Below, piece after piece: positions 1-9,656 of a stretch of DNA of 64,000 nucleotides; the first letter of the stretch is position 1; every line of letters starts with the position of its first letter. Under the pieces are notes generated by a model, which saw only the letters and a list, made by a program, of their open reading frames with translations, did not search any database and was not told the DNA's origin. Source of the stretch: Acidobacteriota bacterium (GTDB taxonomy: Bacteria; Acidobacteriota; UBA6911; RPQK01; JAJDTT01); contig OZ246889.1 in assembly GCA_965231825.1 (NCBI GenBank), positions 2,319,443 through 2,383,442 on the forward strand. The letters run 5' to 3'. Made by a program: the position numbers and the translations under genes.

Positions 1-78
1 GATGTAGGTGAGGGAAAAGCAGGCAGCCAGGAGCAGGATCCAGAAGGTTTCCCGCCGTGCCTTGTGACTGATAGCCAT
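1..78 (-). CDS. Partial hypothetical membrane protein (N-terminus only; gene continues beyond window start)
   Basis: Reverse-strand ATG at 78 reads MAISHKARRETFWILLLAACFSLTYI with no stop before the window edge. Hydrophobic N-terminus. No clear RBS, and it overlaps the cutA RBS. Confidence 0.25.
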   Translation of the reverse strand, partial: MAISHKARRETFWILLLAACFSLTYI

Positions 79-91
79 AGAGGAGGAGCCT

Positions 92-409
92 ATGACACCG
101 GTTCGAATTGTCTTCTGTACCATCGACAGCGCCGACGCCGCCCGAAAACTGGCCCGGAGGCTGGTTCAGGATCGTCTCGCCGCCTGCGTGAACATTATCG
201 AAAACGTGACCTCGGTTTACAAGTGGGAGGGCCGGATCGAGGAGGATGCCGAGTTCCTGCTGGTGATCAAGACCCAGGAAAACCGGTTGCGGGACTTGAT
301 GGATCGGATCGCGGAACTCCATCCGTACGACGTGCCGGAAATCCTTGGCTGGCCAGTGGAGAAAGGGAGCAAGGCCTACCTGGACTGGGTCGTGGCCGAA
401 ACCGGATAG
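92..409 (+). CDS. cutA: Divalent-cation tolerance protein CutA
   Basis: 105-aa ORF with the CutA1 signature (..ACVNI..YKWEGRIEEDAEFLLVIKT..HPYDVPE). AGGAGG RBS 6 nt upstream of the ATG. Confidence 0.9.
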   Translation: MTPVRIVFCTIDSADAARKLARRLVQDRLAACVNIIENVTSVYKWEGRIEEDAEFLLVIKTQENRLRDLMDRIAELHPYDVPEILGWPVEKGSKAYLDWVVAETG

Positions 410-483
410 GTTTTGCGGAAGAGAGGAACTGGAAGTCGACGCGGGGACGCGGACAGGGCCGAGACCATGACCCGGCGCCGGAA

Positions 484-654
484 CTAATCCGCTTTCTTCT
501 CGATCTCCTTTTCCTGCGTGACCCTCATGGAATCCTTGAAGTTCCGAATTCCCTGACCCAGGCCTTTCCCCAGTTGGGGAAGGCGGCTGGCGCCGAAGAT
601 CACGACCACGATAATGAGAATGATGACCAGTTCCGAAACACCCAAACCACCCAT
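484..654 (-). CDS. tatA: Twin-arginine translocase subunit TatA/E (56 aa; absent from the ORF track because <60 aa)
   Basis: Reverse translation gives [56 protein letters not shown]: a TatA N-terminal TM helix plus amphipathic helix with the G-x-x-FG and LP.LG motifs. Confidence 0.85.
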   Translation of the reverse strand: MGGLGVSELVIILIIVVVIFGASRLPQLGKGLGQGIRNFKDSMRVTQEKEIEKKAD

Positions 655-754
655 ATCCGGTGACCTCTCAGATATCCAAAATCAAGATTCGATAGTTGGA
701 TCTTAATCCTCCGGTTCCCGCACTGTCAAATCGCCAGGCGCTCCACGACGGGCC

Positions 755-2044
755 TCAAGGACGACTCCTTTGGCCCTGCAGGGTCGCTTCCAGCAGGTCG
801 ACCCGGCGGCCGACCCGCTCCAGAAACAGGGTGTCCGTCTCCGTCTTCCAGAGCCGGCGCCCCGGCGCCTCGCCCGGGGCTTCCAGCGGCTTGGCCTGAC
901 TGTATTTGAGCCGGATGAGCTTCCGGTAGGCGTCGAAGAACTCCGCGGCGTCCTCTTCGGTGTCCCAGACGGAACGGATCCAGAGTGCCAGCCCCCCGTC
1001 GGCGCCCTCGTAGAGTTGCACCGAGTCGCCATCCCAGCCGCTGGCGGCGTCCCGGGCCGGATACTCTTCCAGGAACTCGTCCAGGACCAGCCGGAGCATG
1101 AATTCACCCAGGACGTTCCGGTAGATTCGTTCCCAACGCTCCCCGAGACCGGGCGGAAGTGGCGGGGGCTCCACGTGGGTCGGATCATCCCTCGGCGACT
1201 CGTACTTCTCCGGGTGGAGAATCTGTTCCGTGGATCGGGGCAGATCGGCATAGATTCGGTCCACACCCGTCCATCCGTGCCTTCGGACGTGGTATTGAAG
1301 GAAGCGTGCCCCCTGGACGTAGGGAAAGAGCAACGCTTCCTGAAAAAAGGCGGGAACCTCCCGGAAGACGTCGTAAGTTTGTCGTGCTTCCTCCATCTGG
1401 TCCTTCTGCATCTCGACGATGTCCGGAATGTCCAGGAAGCTCTGGCCCAGCGGCTTCAGAACGTACTCCAGCATGAGTCCCAGGCCCTCCCCCTCCACCA
1501 CTGCGATGTGGGCTTGGGTGGCGTCTTCGTTTCCCTCCACTCCCTCCAGCAGCCGGTCGAGATCGAAGTGCTGGTCCTGAAGCGCATGGGCCAGCTCATG
1601 GGCCATCACCGGCAGCTGATCCTCGACCGGAACCCAGTCGGCGACGTAAAGGGTCCGGGTCTCGGGGTCGTAGTAACCGGCCACCTGTTCGGTGAGTAGC
1701 CGCACCAGTGTCCCGCGATAGTCCAGAGACTCCGGAATCAGGCCCAGCTTCGCCAGCAGGCGCCGGTCGAGCTCGAGTTCCTCGGCCGGATACTCTTCAG
1801 CCATGCGGGCGAGGACGTAGTCGCGGATCTCGCCGCGGCTCCGAACTCCAGTCGCGACGGGTTTCGTGGCCGGAAGGTTGCGGAGAGCGCTGACCCTGGC
1901 CAGAACCGTCTTTGTGGAACGGCGCAACTCGTCCGCTGCCGATTTCGGGCCACCGGCGGCGCCAGGGCAGCCGATCGCCAGAATCCCCGCCCACAGCCAA
2001 CCGAAGCTCCCGCGGCGGTCCGCGATCCTTGCCCTCACCTGAAC
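755..2044 (-). CDS. Secreted HExxH zinc-metallopeptidase-like protein
   Basis: Long ORF containing a VMAHELAHALQDQHF (HExxH) motif. Signal-peptide-like N-terminus (..FGWLWAGILAIGCPGAAGG). A probable GTG start near 2038-2044 abuts the stop of the upstream gene at 2050. The annotated ATG at 2170 would overlap that neighbour by 120 nt. Confidence 0.55.
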   Translation of the reverse strand, partial: VQVRARIADRRGSFGWLWAGILAIGCPGAAGGPKSAADELRRSTKTVLARVSALRNLPATKPVATGVRSRGEIRDYVLARMAEEYPAEELELDRRLLAKLGLIPESLDYRGTLVRLLTEQVAGYYDPETRTLYVADWVPVEDQLPVMAHELAHALQDQHFDLDRLLEGVEGNEDATQAHIAVVEGEGLGLMLEYVLKPLGQSFLDIPDIVEMQKDQMEEARQTYDVFREVPAFFQEALLFPYVQGARFLQYHVRRHGWTGVDRIYADLPRSTEQILHPEKYESPRDDPTHVEPPPLPPGLGERWERIYRNVLGEFMLRLVLDEFLEEYPARDAASGWDGDSVQLYEGADGGLALWIRSVWDTEEDAAEFFDAYRKLIRLKYSQAKPLEAPGEAPGRRLWKTETDTLFLERVGRRVDLLEATLQGQRSRP

Positions 2045-2049
2045 TCCAG

Positions 2050-3531
2050 CTACCTGAATCGGAGAGAGTAGAGGTCCGCGTCCTTCATGACGAACCTCAG
2101 TTGAACCGGTTTGCCGGCAATCCTGCTCAGGGGCTGGTCCGAGGCCGCTCGGAGGTGACTCCGTTCCCACCTCACCGTGTGCTCGATCTCATCTCCCCAG
2201 ATCAGGGGGGACTCCTCCAGGGCGAATCCGGGCAGAGGCTGCCCCTCCTCGTCCTGCAGCTCCAGGCGGATGCTCCCGGCCGCGGAGGTGGCAAAGTTCA
2301 GAACCAGGTTTCCACCCTCGAAGACCAGAGGACGACTGACCCATTCTCCTCCCCTATGGTCCGCGTGGACGGAGACGAAGCCGTCGGTTCTCAGCACCAT
2401 CCGCTCCAGGTGGGCGCTGGGATAGGTGTAGTGGCGCGCCACGTAGAGCGACATCTCGTCGTCCGCGGTGGGGACCACGCCGGCCGAGGGCATGTTGGAA
2501 CGGTGAACCCAATTCCGGGGATTCCGGCCCGGACGGATGAAGGCCTCCATGAAGCGCCGGTCCCAATGGACGCCGTCCCGGCTGCTCATGAAGACCGCGT
2601 CGGAAACTCCCGCAATGGGAATGGTGGGATGGTAGGTCCTCCAGGGAACGAACCTCTTGGGAAGCGCGATTAAAATGTGCGGCGCCCGGAAATAGGGGTG
2701 GGTGCCATTGGTGTAGAGATGCTCTCGGGGAGTGCCGCCGTAGTCGGCCCAGGTTCCGGGCGTCCAGTCCAGAAAGTCCTTCGAAGTCGCGTACTTGATG
2801 CTGCGCACGCCGTCGGCATCCCGGTAGACGGCCGCGTATTGGCTTCGGACCGGATCCCAGAAGGGAACGTTCAAAGAGTCGAACTTGCCGTCCGATATGG
2901 CCGCTTCTTCGCTGGCCAGGCGCCACCGCTTGCCGTCCGCCGAGACGAACGACTTCAGGACGTGATTGGGCCATCCCGGTCCCGCGTTGCCCAACGCCTT
3001 GTAGCGTTCCTCAGGCGGAGCATCCGGATTGTCATCTTTGAACGGCGCGAAGCAGCAGGAGGCCATTCCCTTCCAGACGATGTTGTTGTCGGTGGATCCT
3101 TGGAATTCGACCAGGCCCAGAGAGGGCCGGGTCCACTCGATCCCGTCCCGGCTCTCCAGCAGGCAGGTGACCGATTCGTGTTCGGGGACGACCTTTTCAT
3201 CGGGACTCAACTGCAATTTGTCGGCGTAGTCCTGATGGCTGCTGCCCCGGTAGTAGAGGCGATAGCCGTCACCATCCCGGAAGACGGTGTGGTAGAGGCT
3301 CGTGGTCCCTTCCCACGGCTGGTCGAAGACCACGACCTTGCCGGCGGAACGCGGTCGCTGGAGTCGAAGTTCCAGCCCGTCCATGGATTCGATGAGGAAG
3401 TCGTCGACGAACAGTTCCAGGCGGGAACCGATATTGACCGGTTTTTCGGGTTCGTTCTGCTCGGCGGACCAAACTTCCGCCAGCGAGAGTCCCAGCGCCA
3501 ACGCCGTTGCGACCAACTTGCTCGTCCTCAT
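2050..3531 (-). CDS. Secreted beta-propeller glycoside-hydrolase-like protein (GH43/32/130-like fold, family uncertain)
   Basis: 493 aa with an N-terminal signal peptide (MRTSKLVATALALGLSLAEVWSA). Repeated W/D-rich blade-like segments (FWDPVRSQYAAVYRD, SSRDGVHWDRRF). No precise family could be assigned from sequence alone. Confidence 0.45.
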   Translation of the reverse strand: MRTSKLVATALALGLSLAEVWSAEQNEPEKPVNIGSRLELFVDDFLIESMDGLELRLQRPRSAGKVVVFDQPWEGTTSLYHTVFRDGDGYRLYYRGSSHQDYADKLQLSPDEKVVPEHESVTCLLESRDGIEWTRPSLGLVEFQGSTDNNIVWKGMASCCFAPFKDDNPDAPPEERYKALGNAGPGWPNHVLKSFVSADGKRWRLASEEAAISDGKFDSLNVPFWDPVRSQYAAVYRDADGVRSIKYATSKDFLDWTPGTWADYGGTPREHLYTNGTHPYFRAPHILIALPKRFVPWRTYHPTIPIAGVSDAVFMSSRDGVHWDRRFMEAFIRPGRNPRNWVHRSNMPSAGVVPTADDEMSLYVARHYTYPSAHLERMVLRTDGFVSVHADHRGGEWVSRPLVFEGGNLVLNFATSAAGSIRLELQDEEGQPLPGFALEESPLIWGDEIEHTVRWERSHLRAASDQPLSRIAGKPVQLRFVMKDADLYSLRFR

Positions 3532-3606
3532 GTCCGATCCTCCGGTGATGAAGTAGGCTCGCTGCCCCCGTTTCGGGATTCAGGCTAACTTGGTCCGGGC
3601 AGAGGA

Positions 3607-4294
3607 TCAATCGACACGGGTAATCGTCACTCTGGCGACGGGATTGCGCCAGTCGGACTCGGCCGCGTTGATGTCGCCGATTCCCTGAATCCCGTTGCTG
3701 ATATGGATGAAGCCCTCGGCTTCCGCAGGGTCGTGGACGAAGTGGCTGGCGCAGGGTGGACCCGGTACGAACTCGCAGAGTTCGGAGTTGGCCTCGCTTC
3801 CCGCGTCGTAGGCCGGAGCATGGACCGTCTTTGATCCGGGCGCAGAGAAGAACAGGATCGGCGCCAATGGTATCTGCACGCCGCTGACGGCAAAGAAGCC
3901 GTCGTTGGTCGTCGCCAGTTTGCCGACGACCGAGAGAGACCTGAAACCGCGCACGCTCGTCACCGTTGCCGTGGTGGAATGGCCGGGAGGTATGACTCCA
4001 TAGCCGATTGCGGAATCATGGACTTCCGGCATGGTCATCAGCGATTCCAGCAACGGCACCGGGTCGCCGTCCTCCGCCAGAGCCGCCAACTCGGGGCTGG
4101 CCTCCTCTCCAATCGTAAAGAGGGACGTCGATGCATCGTGAATCACCACCACCGGCGGGGTGATGATTTGATTCCGAGTCAGGTTCCGGATCGTGACGAG
4201 GTAGGTGGACTGAGCGAGGATCGGGGTCCCGCCCGCCACGCCGATTAACATTGCGGCACTGATCAAGGCGATTCGTTTCGTCGTCTCCTTCATA
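3607..4294 (-). CDS. Secreted spondin-N (reeler-like) domain protein, paralog 1
   Basis: Start MKETTKRIALISAAMLIGVAGGTPILAQ (signal peptide), then YLVTIRNLTRNQIITPPVVVIHD...LAALAEDGDP...ATTNDGFFAV...APAYDAGSE, a spondin_N-type pattern. The longer ORF track start at 4653 is non-coding selB debris; AAGGAG-like RBS upstream. Confidence 0.7.
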
Positions 4295-4379
4295 GGGTTC
4301 TCCCTGGTGGTTGACCGGTCTTCATCCCGGGAAAATCGGGTCCGCTCCGACCCGAAATCGCCCCCGGGGAAATAGCCGC

Positions 4380-4610
4380 GCTGAGCCTCAAAATACCACT
4401 CGCCCGTCTTCGTGGCGCCGCGTGACGCTCTCCCGATCCAGATACTCGGGAAACGGGATGTTGTCGAAGAAAAATCGGTAGGGGCTCCCCTTGTGGGTGC
4501 CTTCTTCTTTCCGAAGCGGAGCTCTATGGCGCCAGACGAAGCGTCAGAGGCTGGAAAGCCGCCGACCCGGATCAGTTCGCCTTGTTGGATGAGGGAAAAA
4601 AGACCTTTTC
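4380..4610 (-). pseudogene. Decayed duplicate of the selB 3' end (C-terminal winged-helix region) lying between the two spondin paralogs
   Basis: Nucleotide similarity to 5655-5900: gatcagttcgccttgttggatgagggaaaaaaga vs gaccagatcgccttgttggatcaggaaaaaataga; tcccgatccagatactcgggaaacgggatg vs tcccttccggtccagatactcgagaaacgggatg. Translation FSLIQQGELIRVGG matches the SelB C-terminus [14 protein letters not shown]. The middle is frame-disrupted. Confidence 0.55.
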
Positions 4611-4686
4611 GCAGAAACTGGCAGGGGCCGGCGAAATCGCCGGCCCCTGCCATGAGGGCGGAATCATTCCGCCTCCGTCAGGCGGT

Positions 4687-5385
4687 TCAATCCATCCGAG
4701 TGATCGTCACTCTGGCAACGGGATTGCGCCAGTCTCCATCGGCGGCATTGATGTCGCCGGTGCCCCGAACCCCGTTGCTGATATAAACGAAGCCTTCGGG
4801 TTCGGCCGGATCGTGGAGGTGACTCCCGCAGGGTGGACCCGGAATGAAGTCACACGATTCGGAGTTCGCCTCGCTTCCAGCATCGTAGGCCGGAGCGTTC
4901 AATGTCATGGAGCGGGGCCCCGAGTAGTAAAAGGCCAGTCGGACCGGCAGTTGCACTCTGCTGACGGCGAAGAAAGAGTCATTGGTCGTTGCCAGCATGC
5001 CCACGACCGAAAGCCATCTGTATTTGGGCGAGCTCTCCACCATCACGCTGGCCGATTGACCGGGCGGGATCACCGGCGGGTCGCCGGGACCGAAGGCCAC
5101 CGCGGTGTCGAATACTCCCTCCATTCCCATTGCCGCTTCCATAAGCGGCATGGGGTTTCCCTCTTCCGCCAGCGTCGCCAATTCGGCGCTCGCGGGCTGT
5201 CCGACCGAGAAGAGGGAGGTGGAGCGATCATGAACCACGACCAACGGCGGGGTGATGAGCTGACCCCGGGTCAGGTTGTGGACCGTGACCTGGAAAGTGT
5301 CCCGAGCGAGGCCGGTGGCGCCGGACGCCAGGGCGAGAGACACAATGATGCAGACCATGAACATCGGATTCATCCTGAATTTCAT
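4687..5385 (-). CDS. Secreted spondin-N (reeler-like) domain protein, paralog 2
   Basis: Start MKFRMNPMFMVCIIVSLALASGATGLA (signal peptide, AAGGAG RBS). About 50-55% identical to paralog 1 (FQVTVHNLTRGQLITPPLVVVHD...). The 3' ends are near-identical at nucleotide level (cgtcactctggc.acgggattgcgccagtc). Confidence 0.7.
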   Translation of the reverse strand: MKFRMNPMFMVCIIVSLALASGATGLARDTFQVTVHNLTRGQLITPPLVVVHDRSTSLFSVGQPASAELATLAEEGNPMPLMEAAMGMEGVFDTAVAFGPGDPPVIPPGQSASVMVESSPKYRWLSVVGMLATTNDSFFAVSRVQLPVRLAFYYSGPRSMTLNAPAYDAGSEANSESCDFIPGPPCGSHLHDPAEPEGFVYISNGVRGTGDINAADGDWRNPVARVTITRMD

Positions 5386-5669
5386 CGGATTCTCCTTTAC
5401 GTCATTAAAGTTTTCTCCGCGGGAAGCCCGGAGCCTCCAAACTCGCACTTGGCCCGTAACGCGCCGGTACCTGGCGTCCGTCTGTTTTGGGAGTTGCGCG
5501 GGAAGGAGGTTCGGTGCCGCCCGGCTCGATAAGTCTGCGGCCACATGCTTACCGTTGCACTGTGCACACTTTCAGTTTATGAACTTTTTGCGCTCACTGT
5601 GAATTGGGGACTTGATCCGGGTCAGGAGGGATTTCTTCGGAGCGGCGTCAGCGCATTTTGCGCGGAGGC

Positions 5670-7595
5670 TCAGAGAACGACTCTTCCGTCGCCCTGGCGC
5701 CGGGTGATTCCCTTCCGGTCCAGATACTCGAGAAACGGGATGGCGTACTTGCGGGTGATCCCGAGGGAGTCCTTGAACTCGGGCACCGAAAACGATCGTC
5801 CGGGAGGGAACTTGATCTTGACCTCGTTCTTGAGACGTTGGACTTGGGACGGGGTCAGGACCAATTCACCGCCGACCCGGACCAGATCGCCTTGTTGGAT
5901 CAGGAAAAAATAGACGTCCTCGGTCCGGTCCGGCGGGTGGTGCAGCCGACGCTTCAGCTCCGTGAGGGTCGGAGGCCGGGGGAAGCTCTTCCGGAGAACA
6001 CCCAGAAGGGACTGTTGCACTGCTTCCTGAGCCGGGTTCAGACGGGGTTCCCAACCTCGCCGCATGACGATTGAGCGGTCGATGCGGATCAGATCGCGCT
6101 GCTCCAGCCGCCGTAGCAGGAAATGGAAGTAGTCGATGCGGGCGGAATTCAGGAACCGGTTCCGAAGCTCTTCCTTGGGAACGCCCGCCGCCAGTGGGTT
6201 GCGAGCGTGGCTCTCGTCCAGGTGGGCGAGTATCGACGATTCCAGATTTCGAACAGCTGCCCGCGTCACCGCCAGAGGCGGATCCTGGGGCACCAGGTCG
6301 AATTCCGGAAGCTGCTGCAGGTGCCTGAGAATACGCCCCGCCGGAGTGCCGATCCGGGCAGCCGTTTCGTTGACGTCGATTCCCATTTCCCCTTTGGACC
6401 GCACCAGGAACTCGATCCGAAGCGGATCCGGATCACGGTTTCCGGCTTCGAGCCCCGAATAAAGCGCCTTCGCCGGTAGCAGCTCCCCGGGAAGATTCCG
6501 GGCCCGGTGCCTGGGCGGGACGTCGTCCAACACCACTCCACCTCCGACGGTGACGGGTGGAGAGTCCATCCGGAGAATGAATCGGTCTCCAATCCAGCAC
6601 ACGGTCGGCTGCTCCAGACGGAGTTGAGCCAGGGCCCGTTGGCCGGGTGCCACCGTTTTTCCTTCCAGCGGATACACATGGCCCTGCCATTCTCCGCTGC
6701 CGTGGTGAAACCGGACCGGAGTCCGACGTTTGAGCGGCCGCGGAGCGCTCTCCAGTACCTTGATCGAGGCGTCCAGAGAACGAGTCGGACGTAGACCTCC
6801 GGGTCGGGAAAGGACCATCCCCCGTTTCAGGTCGTCCTTGCCCAAGCCCATGAGATTCAACGCAGTCCGCTGTCCGGCCACGGCCTCGCCGGCCTCCCGG
6901 TTGAAGATTTCGATGCGCCGGACCCTGCCCCCCTTTCCGGAAGGATAGATAGCCACGGCGTCTTCCTTCCGGATGATTCCCGAGGTCAGGGTGCCGGTCA
7001 CCACCGTCCCGAATCCTCGCTTGCTAAAGACCCGGTCCACCGGCAACCGGAACACTCTTTCGTGCCGGGAATCACGGTTTGGCTCCGATTTGGCGGCCTG
7101 CTCGATCAACGCCCTTTTGAGGGACTCCAGGCCGCTCCCCGTAATACTGTCCACGGCGATGACGGGACCGTTCTCGAGGAAGCTGCCCCGCGTCATGGTT
7201 CGAATCTCTTCCCGAACCAGGTTCAGAAGTTCCGGATCCACCGAATCACACTTGGTGAGGACGACGATTCCTCGAGGAATGTTCAGGAGCCGGCAGATGT
7301 GAAAATGCTCCAGCGTCTGCGGCATGATCGATTCGTCGGCGGCGACGATGAGCAGCGCCAGGTCGATTCCCCCGATGCCGGCCAGCATGTTCTTGACCAG
7401 CTTTTCGTGCCCCGGCACGTCGACGAACCCGATGCGGCAGGAGCCCAGGGACATGTGGGCGAAGCCGATGTCGATGGTAATCCCACGCCGCTTTTCTTCC
7501 GCCAGGCGGTCGGCGTCGATTCCCGTCAAGGCTTTCAGGAGGGTGGTCTTGCCATGATCGATGTGACCGGCGGTTCCGACCAGTATGTCTCTCAT
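5670..7595 (-). CDS. selB: Selenocysteine-specific elongation factor SelB
   Basis: [25 protein letters not shown]... GTPase domain, EF-Tu-like beta-barrel domains and C-terminal winged-helix SECIS-binding repeats. Start taken at internal M13 (7595), matching the canonical SelB N-terminus. Confidence 0.9.
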   Translation of the reverse strand: MRDILVGTAGHIDHGKTTLLKALTGIDADRLAEEKRRGITIDIGFAHMSLGSCRIGFVDVPGHEKLVKNMLAGIGGIDLALLIVAADESIMPQTLEHFHICRLLNIPRGIVVLTKCDSVDPELLNLVREEIRTMTRGSFLENGPVIAVDSITGSGLESLKRALIEQAAKSEPNRDSRHERVFRLPVDRVFSKRGFGTVVTGTLTSGIIRKEDAVAIYPSGKGGRVRRIEIFNREAGEAVAGQRTALNLMGLGKDDLKRGMVLSRPGGLRPTRSLDASIKVLESAPRPLKRRTPVRFHHGSGEWQGHVYPLEGKTVAPGQRALAQLRLEQPTVCWIGDRFILRMDSPPVTVGGGVVLDDVPPRHRARNLPGELLPAKALYSGLEAGNRDPDPLRIEFLVRSKGEMGIDVNETAARIGTPAGRILRHLQQLPEFDLVPQDPPLAVTRAAVRNLESSILAHLDESHARNPLAAGVPKEELRNRFLNSARIDYFHFLLRRLEQRDLIRIDRSIVMRRGWEPRLNPAQEAVQQSLLGVLRKSFPRPPTLTELKRRLHHPPDRTEDVYFFLIQQGDLVRVGGELVLTPSQVQRLKNEVKIKFPPGRSFSVPEFKDSLGITRKYAIPFLEYLDRKGITRRQGDGRVVL

Positions 7596-7672
7596 TTCCT
7601 GCGACTCCGAATGCAATCGACAGACTAGCAATTTGGGACGCCGAGCGCGCCGGCATTCGGGCGGGCCTCGTT

Positions 7673-7691
7673 TTGACAGGCGCGATAGAAT
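7673..7691 (+). promoter_or_regulatory. Candidate sigma70-type elements upstream of ffh (TTGACA at 7673-7678; TAGAAT at 7686-7691; spacing non-canonical)
   Basis: Hexamers read directly in the selB/ffh divergent intergenic region. The spacing between them is too short for a single promoter, so only one is likely used. Confidence 0.25.
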
Positions 7692-7717
7692 GATGCCGAC
7701 CGTTCGAGGCTGACGAC

Positions 7718-9049
7718 ATGTTCGAAAATTTGTCCTCCCGGCTCCAGAAAATTCTGAAGGACCTCAAGGGGGAGGGGCGCGTCTCCAAGGCGCACCTGAA
7801 TGCCTCTCTGCGCCAGATCCGCATCGCCCTGCTGGAGGCCGACGTCCATTTCGGCGTCGTCAAGTCGTTCATCTCCGGCATCCGGGAAAAGGCCCTGGGG
7901 CAGGAAGTGATGCGCAGCCTTACCCCGGGCCAACAGGTCGTGAAGATCGTCAACGAGGAACTCACTCGCCTCCTTGGATCGGAGGCGGCGGAGTTGGCCA
8001 AGGGAAGTCGGAGGCCGACCGTAATCGTTCTGGTCGGTCTGCAAGGGAGCGGCAAGACCACTACGACAGGGAAAATGGCGCGATGGCTCAAGGCCAAGGA
8101 TGGACGGCCCCTGATGGTGTCGACGGACGTCCGCCGGCCCGCGGCCATCCATCAACTCTCGGTAGTGGGCTCGGCCATCAGGGTCGAGGTGGAGGACCCC
8201 CCGACCCGGGACCCGGTTCGGCGAGCGAAAATGGCTCTGAAACGGGCCCGGAACATGGGGTTCGACCCGTTGCTCGTCGACACCGCAGGCCGTCTCCACG
8301 TGGATGACGCGTCTTTGACCGAGTTGCAGGAGATCGTGGCCGGGGTGGGGGCGCACGAAATTCTCCTGGTCGCCGATGCCATGACGGGTCAGGACGCCGT
8401 CCGCTCGGCCAAGAGCTTCGGAGACCGGCTCGATCTTTCCGGTGTGGTCCTCACCAAGATGGATGGGGACGCCCGCGGCGGAGCAGCTCTCTCGATCCGC
8501 ACCGTCACGGGTCAACCCATCAAATTCATCGGTACCGGTGAGGACTACGGCGCCTTCGAAACCTTTCATCCGGAGCGGATGGCCGGCCGGATCCTGGGCC
8601 AGGGGGACGTCCTCCGCCTCATCGAGAAGGCTCAAGCGGCCGTGACGCCGCAAGACAGCCGGAAGATTCTGGAGAAGATCCAAAGGGATGAATTCACCCT
8701 GGACGATTTCAGGTCCCAACTGCGGCAGCTCCGCAAGCTCGGACCCCTGGAACAGATTCTGGGCATGCTCCCGCAGGGAGGACTGTTCAAGGGGATGGGG
8801 CAAGTCCAGGTCGAAGAAAAGCAACTGGACACCATGGAGGCCATCATCAACTCCATGACCCCCTTGGAGCGGGCAAACCCCAGGATCATCAAGGGTTCCC
8901 GCCGCCGCCGGATCGCCCGCGGCAGCGGCCGGAAGGTGTCCGACGTCAACCGCCTCCTCAAACAGTATCTGCAGACTCGAACCATGATGAAACGGATGCA
9001 ACGGGGCTTTCCGGGCCGGTCGCGCGGACGTTTCAACTTCCCCGTCTAA
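7718..9049 (+). CDS. ffh: Signal recognition particle protein Ffh
   Basis: N domain, SRP54 G domain (GLQGSGKTTT, DTAGR) and M domain. 443 aa. Confidence 0.95.
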   Translation: MFENLSSRLQKILKDLKGEGRVSKAHLNASLRQIRIALLEADVHFGVVKSFISGIREKALGQEVMRSLTPGQQVVKIVNEELTRLLGSEAAELAKGSRRPTVIVLVGLQGSGKTTTTGKMARWLKAKDGRPLMVSTDVRRPAAIHQLSVVGSAIRVEVEDPPTRDPVRRAKMALKRARNMGFDPLLVDTAGRLHVDDASLTELQEIVAGVGAHEILLVADAMTGQDAVRSAKSFGDRLDLSGVVLTKMDGDARGGAALSIRTVTGQPIKFIGTGEDYGAFETFHPERMAGRILGQGDVLRLIEKAQAAVTPQDSRKILEKIQRDEFTLDDFRSQLRQLRKLGPLEQILGMLPQGGLFKGMGQVQVEEKQLDTMEAIINSMTPLERANPRIIKGSRRRRIARGSGRKVSDVNRLLKQYLQTRTMMKRMQRGFPGRSRGRFNFPV

Positions 9050-9091
9050 CGCCTCTTTTTGTTAAGATTGGATTTTGTCGGAGGTGATAGA

Positions 9092-9349
9092 TTGCTGAGA
9101 ATACGTCTAAGTCGACACGGCGCCAAGAAGGATCCTCATTATCGCGTTGTAGTAGCCGAACGCACGAGTCCCAGGGATGGGCGTTTCATTGAAATCCTGG
9201 GGTACTACAATCCAGCTCTCAAACCTGTTCGTCTCAGCTTGAATTTGGAGCGAATCGACCACTGGGTGAAACTGGGTGCTCAGCCTTCAGGAACGGTCAC
9301 GGGCCTGATCAGCAGAGTGCGGCAGCAAGAGCAGCCAGAAGTCAGTTGA
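9092..9349 (+). CDS. rpsP: 30S ribosomal protein S16
   Basis: [44 protein letters not shown] start at 9092 with a GGAGGTGA RBS at 9080-9087. The track ATG at 9059 would add a non-conserved extension. Confidence 0.85.
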   Translation: MLRIRLSRHGAKKDPHYRVVVAERTSPRDGRFIEILGYYNPALKPVRLSLNLERIDHWVKLGAQPSGTVTGLISRVRQQEQPEVS

Positions 9350-9425
9350 TGGTCGCGAACAGGCTCGTGCAGGTGCCGTAGCGGCATCGGTCACGGGCTC
9401 CCGGCAGCACTGCCAGGAGGCAACT

Positions 9426-9656
9426 ATGAGAGAGCTTGTCGAGATGATCGCGAAGACGCTGGTTGACGATCCGGAAGAAGTTCGAGTGAGCGAGGTGGTG
9501 GGAGAACAGACCACCGTGCTTGAATTGAGGGTCGCGCAGCATGATCTTGGCAAGGTCATCGGCAGGCAGGGACGAACTGCCCGGGCCATGCGTACTTTGT
9601 TGGGCGCGGCCGGGATGAAGCTGCGCAAGAGATTCGTCCTGGAAATCCTTGAGTAG
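9426..9656 (+). CDS. KH-domain RNA-binding protein (YlqC/UPF0109 family)
   Basis: 76 aa; [35 protein letters not shown] is a KH fold motif. Conserved position between rpsP and rimM. Confidence 0.8.
   Translation: MRELVEMIAKTLVDDPEEVRVSEVVGEQTTVLELRVAQHDLGKVIGRQGRTARAMRTLLGAAGMKLRKRFVLEILE

Noticed and set aside
770-1699. 309-aa ORF on the + strand, one of many long antisense ORFs in the track
   Set aside because: It lies entirely inside, and antisense to, the well-supported metallopeptidase gene. High-GC genomes generate long stop-free antisense frames, and this one has no recognisable domains. The same applies to 15791-18574(-), 21198-23279(+), 28820-29683(+), 37507-39120(+), 39945-41048(+) and 42190-44001(-).
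4295-4653. N-terminal 120 aa of the track ORF 3607-4653
   Set aside because: This part is the decayed selB-tail duplicate read in a spurious frame. The spondin-like protein begins at the signal peptide, ATG 4294.
5392-5669. 280-nt gap between spondin paralog 2 and the selB stop as a possible sRNA/tRNA
   Set aside because: Only a short GCGCA-TTT-TGCGC hairpin without a U-run is present, and there is no tRNA-like structure. The segment is homologous to the shorter leader of paralog 1 with insertions, consistent with non-coding leader sequence.
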